The notes beneath the pieces are model-generated. The model had not been told where the DNA came from, did no database searches, and saw only the letters and a program-made list of their open reading frames with translations. From the NCBI GenBank assembly GCA_964016885.1, contig OZ024742.1:259904001-259968000 (forward strand): a stretch of DNA of 64,000 nt, given 5' to 3'. Below, in pieces: positions 24,701 to 38,000 of this stretch. The position numbers and the translations under genes are program-made. The DNA is from Eledone cirrhosa. Taxonomy: Eukaryota. The first letter of the stretch is position 1. The number at the start of each line of letters is the position of its first letter.

Positions 24701-24770
24701 GATTTTTGAACAACATTATCCCTTATGTCACAGTTCTATAAAACGTAAGATATGTATCACCACTATAGAG

Positions 24771-25308
24771 TAGGGGTTTGCAAACATTTCTCCCCGACAG
24801 CCACATCCCTAACGTCCCTAGTAAGACACATTTACAACGAGGCGACATGGAACATCCCTAACGTCCCTAGCGGGACACATTCAACCTAACTCTATTTTAC
24901 CCAAAGACCACATGGAACATTCCTAATGTCTCTAACGGGACACATTCAACCTAAGTCATACATTTTTGTCGCACAAAGGTATAATTATTATCCAGGCAAC
25001 CGTATTATTTACAAGACAAAGAAAGTAACTGATAAAACTAAATTAACATTACGTTGGTTCATAAATGTTATCGAACAGTTACTGTTGAGATTTATACAGT
25101 TGGCCCTCCGCCATCTCCCAGCAATCCTGACTACAACACAGAATAAATTTGGCTCTGATAGGTATGTTATTCTATGACAATGTATGGATCTATATAAATT
25201 GAGATCACTGTGTAAGAACGTTTGAGAGTCACACAGACAAACCTCACAGGCTGCATGTGACCGGAGGGCTTTAAGTGACCGGAGGGGGGCATAGTTTGCC
25301 CACTCCTA
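24771..25308. mobile_element. Possible hAT-type MITE
   Basis: Imperfect TIR TAGGGGTTTGCAAAC / GTTTGCCCACTCCTA; internal ACATCCCTAACGTCCCTAG repeats; no clear TSD. Confidence 0.5.
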
Positions 25309-25574
25309 TAATCTCATTCAATATAACCACCCACAGACCGAGTGAACCATCTGGAACAAAAATAGAAAACGTGTCGTCTGTTTACTATGCCATTTTTCTT
25401 TTTTTCTTTTGTTGATGTCAGAAAGGATAAAGTCAAACTAATCATCGAAAATAAATCAATTGTATTACTATATCGATCTCGCAAGAATGAAAAGAAAAAC
25501 TTGCACGCGGTAGAATTTGAAGAGAAAACGACATACTACTAAATTTAACATTGCAGCGATGGCATACTTCCACG

Positions 25575-25951
25575 TATGTGTGTGTGTGTGTGTATGTGTG
25601 TGTGTGTACGTTTCTGTGTGTTCGTGCTTATTTGCCTGTCTGTGTGTATATGCGTTTGTTTGTGTTCGTGCCTGTGTGTGTTTGTGTCTGTGTATGTATG
25701 CGTGTCAGTGTGTCTATGTGTCTGTATGTGTGTGTTTGTGACTGTTTAAGTGTGTGTCTATTCTATATGAGTGTGTCTCTATGTGTGGACCTGTGTCCGT
25801 CTGTGTCTGTGTGTGTGTGTGTGTGTGTGTGTCAGTTTATGTGTGTCTTTGTGTGTATCTATATATGTGTGTCTGTGTGTATGCCTATGTGTCTGTCTAT
25901 GTGGGTGCGTGTACCTTTATCTATGTGTGTGTATTTATATATTTGTGCGTC

Positions 25952-26012
<61 letters not shown>

Positions 26013-27143
26013 TTGTATGTGTGCGTTTGTGTCTTTCTGTTTCTATGTGTGCCAGTGTGTTTGTACCTGTGTGTCTATCTAGGTTTATGTAAGATATAAG
26101 TGTCTATATGTGTGTATCAATGTGTGTGGGAGTATATATGTGTGTGTGTCAGTGTGTGTGTGTGTGTACCTATGTTTTTACCTATGTGTGTGTCTCAGTG
26201 TGTGTGTGTGTTTCTCAGTGTGTGTGTGTGTACCTATATGTGTACCTATGTGTGTGTCTCAGTGTGTGTGTGTGTGTGTGTGTCTCAGTGTGTGTGTGTG
26301 TGTGTACCTATATGTGTACCTATGTGTGTGTCTCAGTGTGTGCGTGTGTGTGTACCTATGTGTGTGTGTCTCAGTGTGTGTGTGTGTGTTTATATATGTG
26401 TGTGTCAGTGTGTGTGAATACATGTGTCTACGTGTGTGTGTGTGTGTGTTTATATGTATGTGTTTGCGTATGTGTATGTCTATATATATGTGTCAGCGTG
26501 TGTGTGTGTTTATATGTATATGTGTTGATGTATATGTGTGTCTATTTATGTGTGTCAGTGTGTGTCTGTTTATGTATATGTGTTGGTGTATGTGTTGGTG
26601 TATGAATATGTCTAGTTATATGTGTCAGTGTGTGTTTATGTATATGTGTTGGTGTATGTATGTGTCTATACATGTGTGTGTCAGTGTGTGTTTATGTATG
26701 TGTTGGTGTATGTGTGTGTCTATACATATGTGTGTCAGTGTGTGTTTATGTATATGTGTTGGTGAATGTGTATGTCTATATATATGTGTCAGTGTGTGTG
26801 TGTCTATATATATGTGTCAGTGTGTGTTTATGTATATGTGTTAGTGTATGTGTATGTCTATATATATATATATATGTGTCAGTGTGTGTTTATGTATATG
26901 TGTTGGTGTATGTGTTGGTGTATGTATGTGTCTATATATATGTGTCAGTGTGTGTTTATGTATATGTGTTGGTGTGTGTGTATGTCTATATATATATATA
27001 TGTGTCAGTGTGTTTATGTATATGTGTTGGTGTATGTATGTGTCTATATATATGTGTCAGTGTGTGTTTATGTATATGTGTTGGTGTATGTGTATGTCTA
27101 TATATATGTGTCAGTGTGTTTATGTATATGTGTTGGTGTGTGT
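25575..27143. repeat. (TG)n-derived compound minisatellite
   Basis: Recurring GTGTCAGTGTGTGTTTATGTATATGTGTTGGTGTATG units. Confidence 0.9.
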
Positions 27144-27375
27144 TATATTTTTCTCAACCCTCACTCCAAGTACACAATGATTACGTTACTTTCTATCCAT
27201 ATTCACAATATTCCACTTTTCCATTAAATATATTTATCTCTCATTGCTTTCATCGCTAGATTCGTCATTTTGTTCGGTTGTTGATGCTGTTGTTGTTGCT
27301 GTTACTGTTGCTGTTACTGCTGCTGTTGCTGTTGTTTGTATTGGTACTGTTGTTGTTTTTATTGCTGTTGTCAAG

Positions 27376-27828
27376 ACGGGGGATTGGCAGAATCGGTAGA
27401 GCTTCGGACAACATGCTTTATGGCAGAGTTACGTCCCTTTGCGATCTGAGTTCGAATCCTGCTGAGGTTAGCTTTGCCTTTCATCCTTACGAGGTCGATA
27501 AATAAAGTACCAGTAATGCACTTGGGTCTATTTAATCGATTTCCCTCGTCCCGAAATTGCTGGCCTTGTGCCTAAAGTAAAAACAGTTATTATTGCTGTC
27601 GTCAGGGCGGGGGATTGGCAATATCGGTAGAGCGCCGGACACCATGCTTCGCGGCATAGAGAGACGGTCCCTTTACATTCTGAGTTCAAATCCCGCAGAG
27701 GTAAGCTTTGCCTTTCATCCTTACAGGGTCAATAAATAAAGCACCAGTTATGCACTGGGTCGATTTGATCGACTTTCCCTTCCCTAAAAATTGTTGGCCT
27801 TGTGCCTAAATCAGAAATCGTTATTATT
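27376..27828 (+). mobile_element. Two head-to-tail SINE family A copies
   Basis: Heads near 27376 and 27606; TTATTGCTG-containing junctions at 27359, 27590 and about 27824. Confidence 0.88.
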
Positions 27829-27844
27829 GCTGACGTTTTGCCGT

Positions 27845-28057
27845 CACTGTTACTGTTGTTGCTGTTGTTGTTACTGTTGCCATTGCTGTTGTTATTGTTG
27901 CTGCTGTTGTTGTTGTTGCTGCTGTTGCTGTTGTTTTTGCTGTCACTATTATTATTGCTGTTGTTTTGTTGTCACTGTTGCTGTTGCTGTTACTGTTGTC
28001 GTTGTTGTTATAATTGCTGCTACTGCTGTTGCTGTGGATGCTTCTGTTTTTGTTGTA
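27845..28057. repeat. (GTT/GCT)n low complexity
   Basis: Direct reading. Confidence 0.85.
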
Positions 28058-28569
28058 AGCCACGTGAAAGATTTAACATAATCCCTGTAACTGAGAGGTT
28101 CTCCATTAGCCATGCGACCAGGAAGTTCAACTTTATTCCTGTAATTGTGATGTTCTGCATTATCCATATAATTGAGGGGTACAACCTTGGTACTTACTAT
28201 GTCACAATGACTCTACCTAAGAATTACATTAAAGCTAGAGGTATCAGCAGAATATTCAATTACTTATACCTTAATTCGCATTAAATTGATCGAACAACCT
28301 AATGTTTATAACCGAAACTAACGGAGGATCGATCATATCTTAAAATGTGAACAATTGGAGACTAGAAGGATGGTTTAATTGTATAGCACCGGCAACAACA
28401 AATTAGAATAAAAGGCATCAGGCTTAAATCTCGAAGACAATTTAATAACCTTCAGAAATACGTGTATGCGCATGCTTACTGTCTTATCATTTAGACTATA
28501 TTATTTAGTCAAAATATTATGGTGAAGCTTATATTTCTATTCCACTAGATGATTTTCTAGTGGAATGAG

Positions 28570-28742
28570 GTATTGATCCCCACAGACGACAATATATATA
28601 TAAAACAATGGAGAAATTATCCAACTATAAAGACCTAGAGATAGAAATATCCCATTAGAAACCACAACACAGCACATTTCAAAGGCACACAACTGTGCTC
28701 GATAATGCAGTAACAACACGCAATAAAAATAAGACTAATAAT
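28570..28742 (+). mobile_element. Old R4/Dong 3' fragment
   Basis: IPTDDN../TMEKLSNYKDLEIEI matches TFEKLSKYKDLEIEI of the 13709 element; ends in TAATAA. Confidence 0.65.
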
Positions 28743-29249
28743 TGTTTCTTTATTACTATTTTTTTTATAATAATAATTACGATGAAGAAGAAGAAAGTGT
28801 ATTCCTACATATTCTACTGTCGTTGCTAACTGCTGTTCTCCAAGTAAATGTTAGCTGTATCATGTAATCCCAATAAATACCATTTGTTGTGGTTTCATTA
28901 ATTCCAGAGGATTTACTATAGCTCTAAACATATGCAGTTGAAAAGATATCTCGGTTTTTTTTATTTTTCCTTCGTATTATCCTTGATTACATCATTTGGT
29001 ATTTAGATATGTTTTCCTTTTCTTTTTGTATTAAATCTGGGTCAGATATTTACTGATTGGTTGCTAAGATGGTTGGTCATAAGTTCTCTTCAAAAACATG
29101 TGGAGATATAATCTTGTTATTAATTCACTGATTTGGTCAATTTCGCTGCTTCGATTTTAATTGCGTGGACATTTCTTACTAAGAATCAAACTTTAATCTA
29201 ATATATAATGCGGTTACACGTACTTTCTTGTGAAAGCGGGTGATTTAAT

Positions 29250-29506
29250 GGACGTGGGTGTTTAATACATGATCGTAACATAATGAATTCAATTCGCAAC
29301 GGCGTATTGTCTTTGAACTTATTTCACGTTTCTCCAGTCCACTCAGCTGGCAAAAATGAGTTAGTTGTACCTGGAATGAAAAGTCAACATTGTCACACAT
29401 TGTATCACGCAGAATGTCGCTGAGAATTACGTTAAAAAAATATGCGTTTGTGAAATACTCAGTAACTTGCACGCTAATGTCATGGATGCCAGGCAAGTGT
29501 GTTAAC
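29250..29506 (+). mobile_element. SINE family B
   Basis: CTTATTTCACGTTTCTCCAGTCCACTCAGCTGGCAAAAATGAG. Confidence 0.75.
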
Positions 29507-29514
29507 CACTAGAT

Positions 29515-29803
29515 CAGGCATGGGCAACCTTTTCCGAGAATCGGGCCGCATAAGATATGATGATGACATCAGGCGGGCCGCAAGCGCTAATTTACATTCG
29601 TGCCCATATTAAAAAGAAGGGCGGCAACTCAAGTTGTTTTGATTTGTTTCTTCAGAATTCGTACATGTTTTCCTCGATCGTAAAAATGATAGAAAGATAA
29701 ATTACGACTGAAAAGTTTGGGTAAAAAAATCAGAAAGATTTCACTTAGGTGACTTAGGTGAGCCATTCAGAAAGCTTCGCAGGTCGCAGATTGCCTATGA
29801 CTG
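29515..29803. mobile_element. hAT (Charlie-like) MITE
   Basis: TIR CAGGCATGGGCAA / TTGCCTATGACTG; 8-bp TSD CACTAGAT / CACTAGAC. Confidence 0.88.
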
Positions 29804-29979
29804 CACTAGACTAAGGGAAAGGGTCCCTGGTCAACATTTGCTGTCTTTTAGAAGATCTTAAGCTTTTAACTGGGAGTATAAACATCTAGCTGACTTAAGA
29901 AACACTGGGAAGATTTGAAATCTGAAATATAGCCGTTCAAACGTTCATGACGATAGTTATAATCAATCATTATAAATAC

Positions 29980-30108
29980 GTCCCTTCACGGTCTGAGTTC
30001 AAATCCCATCGAGGTTAACTTTGCCTTTCATCCTTACGGGGTCGATAAAATAAAGTACCAGTAATGTACTGGGTAATTTGCTGGCCTTGTGTCAAAAGTA
30101 GAAACAAC
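29980..30108 (+). mobile_element. 5'-truncated SINE family A
   Basis: TSD TATAAATA at 29971 and 30109. Confidence 0.88.
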
Positions 30109-30224
30109 TATAAATAGTAGTTGAAAAAATTAGATAACGTATCCCTGGGTACGGAGAAATGGACATCCAAGAGATACGGAGTTATAGAATGGTGGTAAAG
30201 AATTTAGTTATTGTCTAGAGGAGT

Positions 30225-30531
30225 GAAGGTGCGTGTCTTTGTAGTTATGGTATTCGCTTCACAATCAGAACGTCGTGAGTTCGATTCCCGACGGGGCGTG
30301 TAGTCCGTATTTCATGTTGTTCCAGTTCACTCCAGCTGGCAAAAATGCGTTGTGCCTGTAATTCGAAGGGCCAGCCTTGTCACATTCTGTGTCACGCTGA
30401 ATCTCCATGAGAACTATGTTAACCGTACGCGTGTATGTGGCAATATCAGCCACTTGCACGTTAATTTCACGAATAGGCTGTTCCGTTGATCGCATCAATT
30501 GAAACAATCATCGTCGTAACTGACGAAGTGC
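30225..30531 (+). mobile_element. SINE family B, near full length
   Basis: Box B GAGTTCGATTCCC; tail TCGTCGTAACTGACGAAGTGCC. Confidence 0.82.
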
Positions 30532-30559
30532 CTTTTTAATTGTCTAGGGTGTAATTTTA

Positions 30560-31110
30560 TATGGCTACTTGAGTTGTAAGTAGTAGTTCTATCCTTTGTT
30601 TTGTTAATTCCCATGCTACTTAGATAGAATGAGATATACCCTGGCTTGTGGGAGTAATTTAATTTTCTAAAAGCTAATAAATATTTAAGTTTTAATAATT
30701 CTCAATTGTGTAGTAATGTTAATAAACCTTAATGTAAACTTTATCGCCCTTATCAATTGATTTGTAAATATTTGTGTTGCGATGGGATTGGTACTAAATC
30801 TTGACCCAATTACTTCTACCTGTGGTTGTAAAAGGGCTAGGGCTGGATAGTTAAGGTCTGGTGGGGGTTTACTTATTTCCTTGTTTCTTTTATCTGTGAA
30901 TCCCTTTTGGTTTATTGTTGGGGCAGGGGTGGAAGATGGTATTTTCAACTTTAGATAATTGAGGAATCTGAAACATTGAGTAATTAAATGTTGAAGATAA
31001 AGGACCGATAATAGAAGTAAATTGATATAATAATATTAGTTATTGATATTTAATTAGTAATTAGTAAATGTTTGGGCTAAGGTTATTTCGAAAGTTGAGG
31101 ATCTATAGGT
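30560..31110 (-). pseudogene. Possible highly decayed Penelope-like RT fragment
   Basis: IDKGDKVYI (cf. ADKG.xVVI) preceded by KPPPDLNYPAL; many stops. Confidence 0.3.
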
Positions 31111-31174
31111 TGTTAGTGAGTTGCTTTGTTGGAGGTTGCTAAGAATGGGTGTATAGGAAGTTGTTTGTTATTAC

Positions 31175-31690
31175 GTGTGGTGGGAGGGAAAAGAGGAGCG
31201 TGGTGGGAGTGAGAGAAGTGGTAGTAGAGAAGGGGAGAGAGACGAGCGCAGTGGGAGTGAGAGTAGCAGTAGGAGTGAGGAGAGAGGGGGGAGATGAGCG
31301 GTGTGAGTGAAGAGAGAGAAGGGAAAGAGAAGCGCAGTGGTAGTGAGAGAAGCGGTGGGAGTGAGGGGAGAGAGAAGTGTAGTGGGAGTGAGAGAAGCGG
31401 TGGGAGAGAGGGGGAGAGAGGAGGGCAGTGGAAGTGAGAGAAGTAGTGGGAGAGAGGAGAGGAGGAGTGTGGTGGGAGAGAGAGGAGAGAGGAGTGTGGT
31501 GGGAGTGAGAGTAGTAGTGGGAGAGTGGGGATGGAGGAGTGTGGTGGGAGTGAGAGTAGTGGTGGGAGAGAGGGGAGTGAGGGGGAGAGAGAAGTGTGGT
31601 GGGAGTGAGAGAAGTAATGAGAGAGAGGAGAGTGAGGGGGAGAGAGGAGTGTAGCGGGAGTGAGAGAATCAGTGGGAGAGAGGAGAACTG
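31175..31690. repeat. GA-rich minisatellite (GTGGTGGGAGTGAGAG motifs)
   Basis: Direct reading. Confidence 0.85.
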
Positions 31691-31722
31691 TGAAAGGGTT
31701 GTTATTATTATTATGGAGATTG

Positions 31723-31916
31723 GGGCGGTGGATTGGCAGTATCGGTAGAGAGTCGGACGCCATGCTTTGACGCATTGAGTTACGGCCCTTGCCATTCTGA
31801 GTTCAAATCCCGCCGAGGTTCACTTTCCCTTTCATCCTTACGGGGTCGATAAAATAAAGTACCAGTAATGCACTGGGTATCTGCTGGCCTTGTGCCTAAA
31901 GTAGAAACAATTATTG
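31723..31916 (+). mobile_element. SINE family A, full length, with TSD
   Basis: TSD TTATGGAGATTG at 31711-31722 and 31917-31928. Confidence 0.92.
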
Positions 31917-32014
31917 TTATGGAGATTGAGCCGTGAATAGCGACATTTTCTGGATTCACACTTGAAATGAACTCACCACCACAATGTTTCTAAAACTCCT
32001 ACCACTCACACGTA

Positions 32015-35000
32015 CATAGACACTGTCTTAGCAACTATATAACTGTCTTAGCAACCATATGCCCACTATCATAACAACCATATACACACTGTCTTAGCAA
32101 CCATATAACTGTCTTAGCAACCATCTGCCCACTATCATAACAACCATATACACACTGTCTTAGCAACCATATAACTGTCTTAGCAACCATCTTCCCACTA
32201 TCATAACAACCATATACACACTGTCTTAGCAACCATATAACTGTCTTAGCAACCATCTTCCCACTATCATAACAACCATATACACACTGTCTTAGCAACC
32301 ATATAACTGTCTTAGCAACCATATAACTGTCTTAGCAACTATCTGCCCACTATCATAACAACCATATACACACTGTCTTAGCAACTATATACACTGTCTT
32401 AGCAACCATCTGCCCACTATCATAACAACCATATACACACTGTCTTAGCAACTATATACACTGTGTCTTAGCAACTATCTGCCCACTATCATAACAACCA
32501 TATACACACTGTCTTAGCAAATATACACACGGTGTCTTAGCAACCATCTGCCCACTATCATAACAACCATATACACACTGTCTTAGTAACTATATACACT
32601 GTGTCTTAGCAACCATCTGCCCACTATCATAACAACCATATACACACTGTCTTAGTAACTATATACAATGTGTCTTAGCAACCATCTGCCCACTATCATA
32701 ACAACCATATACACACTGTCTTAGCAACTATAGACACTGTGTCTTAGCAACCATCTGCCCACTATCATAACAACCATATACACACTGTCTTAGTAACTAT
32801 ATACAATGTGTCTTAGCAACCATCTGCCCACTATCATAACAACCATATACACACTGTCTTAGCAACTATATACACTGTGTCTTAGCAACCATCTGTCCAC
32901 TATCATAACAACCATATACACACTGTCTTAGCAACTATATACACTGTGTCTTAGCAACCATCTACCCACTATCATAACAACCATATACACACTGTCTTAG
33001 CAACTATATACACTGTCTTAGAAACCATCTGCCCACTATCATAACAACCATATACACACTGTCTTAGCAACTATAGACACTGTGTCTTAGCAACCATCTG
33101 CCCACTATCATAACAACCATATACACACTGTCTTAGCAACTATAGACACTGTGTCTTAGCAACCATCTGCCCACTATCATAACAACCATATACACACTGT
33201 CTTAGTAACTATATACACTGTGTCTTAGCAACCATCTGTCCACTATCATAACAACCATATACACACTGTCTTAGTAACTATAGACACTGTGTCTTAGCAA
33301 CCATCTGTCCACTATCAAAACAACCATATACACACTGTCTTAGTAACTATAGACACTGTGTCTTAGCAACCATCTGTCCACTATCATAACAACCATATAC
33401 ACACTGTCTTAGTAATTATAGACACTGTGTCTTAGCAACTATCTGCTCACTATCATAACAACCATATACACACTGTCTTAGCAACTATATACACTGTCTT
33501 AGCAACCACCTGTCCACTATCATAACAACCATATACACACTGTCTTAGTAACTATATACACTGTGTCTTAGCAACCATCTGCCAACTATCATAACAACCA
33601 TATACACACTGTCTTAGTGACTATAGACACTGTGTCTTAGCAATCATCTGCCCACTATCATAACAACCATATACACACTGTCTTAGTAACTATATACAGT
33701 GTGTCTTAGCAACAATCTGCCCACTATCATAACAACCATATACACACTGTCTTAGTGACTATAGACACTGTGTCTTAGCAACCATATGCCCACTATCATA
33801 ACAACCATATACACACTGTCTTAGTAACTATAGACACTGTGTCTTAGCAACCATCTGCCCACTATCATAACAATCATATACACACTGTCTTAGCAACTAT
33901 ATACACCGTGTCTTAGCAACCATCTGCCCACTATCATAACAACTATATACGCACTGTCTTAGTAACTATAGACACTGTGTCTTAGCAACCATCTGCCAAC
34001 TATCATAACAACCATATACACACTGTCTTAGTGACTATAGACACTGTGTCTTAGTAACTATAGACACTGTGTCTTAGCAACAATCTGCCCACTATCATAA
34101 CAACCATATACACACTGTCTTAGTAACTATAGACACTGTGTCTTAGCAACCATCTGCCCACTATCATAACAACCATATACACACTGTCTTAGCAACTATA
34201 GACACTGTGTCTTAGCAATCATCTGCCCACTATCATAACAACCATATACACTCTGTCTTAGCAACTATAGACACTGTGTCTTAGCAACCATCTGCCCACT
34301 ATCATAACAACCATATACACACTGTCTTAGCAACTATATACACTGTGTCTTAGCAACCATCTGCCCACTATCATAACAACCATATACACACTGTCTTAAT
34401 AACTATATACACTGTGTCTTAGCAACCATCTGTCCACTATCATAACAACCATATACACACTCTCTTAGTAACTATATACACTGTGTCTTAGCAACCATCT
34501 GCCCACTATCATAACAACCATATACACACTGTCTTAGCAACTATATACACTGTGTCTTAGCAACCATCTGTCCACTATCATAACAACCATATACACACTG
34601 TCTTAATAACTATATACACTGTGTCTTAGCAACCATCTGTCCACTATCATAACAACCATATACACACTCTCTTAGTAACTATATACACTGTGTCTTAGCA
34701 ACCATCTGCCCACTATCATAACAACCATATACACACTGTCTTAGCAACTATATACACTGTGTCTTAGCAACCATCTGTCCACTATCATAACAACCATATA
34801 CACACTCTCTTAGTAACTATATACACTGTGTCTTAGCAACCATCTGCCCACTATCATAACAACCATATACACACTGTTTTAGTAACTATATACACTGTGT
34901 CTTAGCAACCATCTGCCCACTATCATAACAACCATATACACACTGTCTTAGCAACTATATACACTGTGTCTTAGCAACCATCTGCCCACTATCATAACAA

Positions 35001-38000
35001 CCATATACACACTGTCTTAGTAACTATAGACACTGTGTCTTAGCAACCATCTGCCCACTATCATAACAACCATATACACACTGTCTTAGTAACTATAGAC
35101 ACTGTGTCTTAGCAACCATCTGTCCACTATCATAACAACCATATACACACTGTCTTAGTAACTATATACACTGTCTTAGCAACCACCTGTCCACTATCAT
35201 AACAACCATATACACACTGTCTTAGCAAATATACACACGGTGTCTTAGCAACCATCTGCCCACTATCATAACAACCATATACACACTGTCTTAGTAACTA
35301 TATACACTGTGTCTTAGCAACCATCTGCCCACTATCATAACAACCATATACACACTGTCTTAGTAACTATAGACACTGTGTCTTAGCAACCATCTGCCCA
35401 CTATCATAACAACCATATACACACTGTCTTAGTAACTATAGACACTGTGTCTTAGCAACCATCTGTCCACTATCATAACAACCATATACACACTGTCTTA
35501 GCAACTATATACACTGTGTCTTAGCAACTATCTGCCCACTATCATAACAACCATATACACACTGTCTTAGCAAATATACACACGGTGTCTTAGCAACCAT
35601 CTGCCCACTATCATAACAACCATATACACACTGTCTTAGTAACTATATACACTGTGTCTTAGCAACCATCTGCCCACTATCATAACAACCATATACACAC
35701 TGTCTTAGTAACTATATACAATGTGTCTTAGCAACCATCTGCCCACTATCATAACAACCATATACACACTGTCTTAGCAACTATAGACACTGTGTCTTAG
35801 CAACCATCTGCCCACTATCATAACAACCATATACACACTGTCTTAGTAACTATATACAATGTGTCTTAGCAACCATCTGCCCACTATCATAACAACCATA
35901 TACACACTGTCTTAGCAACTATATACACTGTGTCTTAGCAACCATCTGTCCACTATCATAACAACCATATACACACTGTCTTAGCAACTATATACACTGT
36001 GTCTTAGCAACCATCTACCCACTATCATAACAACCATATACACACTGTCTTAGCAACTATATACACTGTCTTAGAAACCATCTGCCCACTATCATAACAA
36101 CCATATACACACTGTCTTAGCAACTATAGACACTGTGTCTTAGCAACCATCTGCCCACTATCATAACAACCATATACACACTGTCTTAGCAACTATAGAC
36201 ACTGTGTCTTAGCAACCATCTGCCCACTATCATAACAACCATATACACACTGTCTTAGTAACTATATACACTGTGTCTTAGCAACCATCTGTCCACTATC
36301 ATAACAACCATATACACACTGTCTTAGTAACTATAGACACTGTGTCTTAGCAACCATCTGTCCACTATCAAAACAACCATATACACACTGTCTTAGTAAC
36401 TATAGACACTGTGTCTTAGCAACCATCTGTCCACTATCATAACAACCATATACACACTGTCTTAGTAATTATAGACACTGTGTCTTAGCAACTATCTGCT
36501 CACTATCATAACAACCATATACACACTGTCTTAGCAACTATATACACTGTCTTAGCAACCACCTGTCCACTATCATAACAACCATATACACACTGTCTTA
36601 GTAACTATATACACTGTGTCTTAGCAACCATCTGCCAACTATCATAACAACCATATACACACTGTCTTAGTGACTATAGACACTGTGTCTTAGCAATCAT
36701 CTGCCCACTATCATAACAACCATATACACACTGTCTTAGTAACTATATACAGTGTGTCTTAGCAACAATCTGCCCACTATCATAACAACCATATACACAC
36801 TGTCTTAGTGACTATAGACACTGTGTCTTAGCAACCATATGCCCACTATCATAACAACCATATACACACTGTCTTAGTAACTATAGACACTGTGTCTTAG
36901 CAACCATCTGCCCACTATCATAACAATCATATACACACTGTCTTAGCAACTATATACACCGTGTCTTAGCAACCATCTGCCCACTATCATAACAACTATA
37001 TACGCACTGTCTTAGTAACTATAGACACTGTGTCTTAGCAACCATCTGCCAACTATCATAACAACCATATACACACTGTCTTAGTGACTATAGACACTGT
37101 GTCTTAGTAACTATAGACACTGTGTCTTAGCAACAATCTGCCCACTATCATAACAACCATATACACACTGTCTTAGTAACTATAGACACTGTGTCTTAGC
37201 AACCATCTGCCCACTATCATAACAACCATATACACACTGTCTTAGCAACTATAGACACTGTGTCTTAGCAATCATCTGCCCACTATCATAACAACCATAT
37301 ACACACTGTCTTAGCAACTATATACACTGTGTCTTAGCAACTATCTGCCCACTATCATAACAACCATATACACACTGTCTTAGCAAATATACACACGGTG
37401 TCTTAGCAACCATCTGCCCACTATCATAACAACCATATACACACTGTCTTAGTAACTATATACACTGTGTCTTAGCAACCATCTGCCCACTATCATAACA
37501 ACCATATACACACTGTCTTAGTAACTATATACAATGTGTCTTAGCAACCCTCTGCCCACTATCATAACAACCATATACACACTGTCTTAGCAACTATAGA
37601 CACTGTGTCTTAGCAACCATCTGCCCACTATCATAACAACCATATACACACTGTCTTAGTAACTATATACAATGTGTCTTAGCAACCATCTGCCCACTAT
37701 CATAACAACCATATACACACTGTCTTAGCAACTATATACACTGTGTCTTAGCAACCATCTGTCCACTATCATAACAACCATATACACACTGTCTTAGCAA
37801 CTATATACACTGTGTCTTAGCAACCATCTACCCACTATCATAACAACCATATACACACTGTCTTAGCAACTATATACACTGTCTTAGAAACCATCTGCCC
37901 ACTATCATAACAACCATATACACACTGTCTTAGCAACTATAGACACTGTGTCTTAGCAACCATCTGCCCACTATCATAACAACCATATACACACTGTCTT

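Noticed and set aside
28060-28215. Minus-strand exon SHCDIVSTKVVPLNYMDNAEHH...
   Set aside because: Explained in part by a 54-bp duplication; no clear donor or homology
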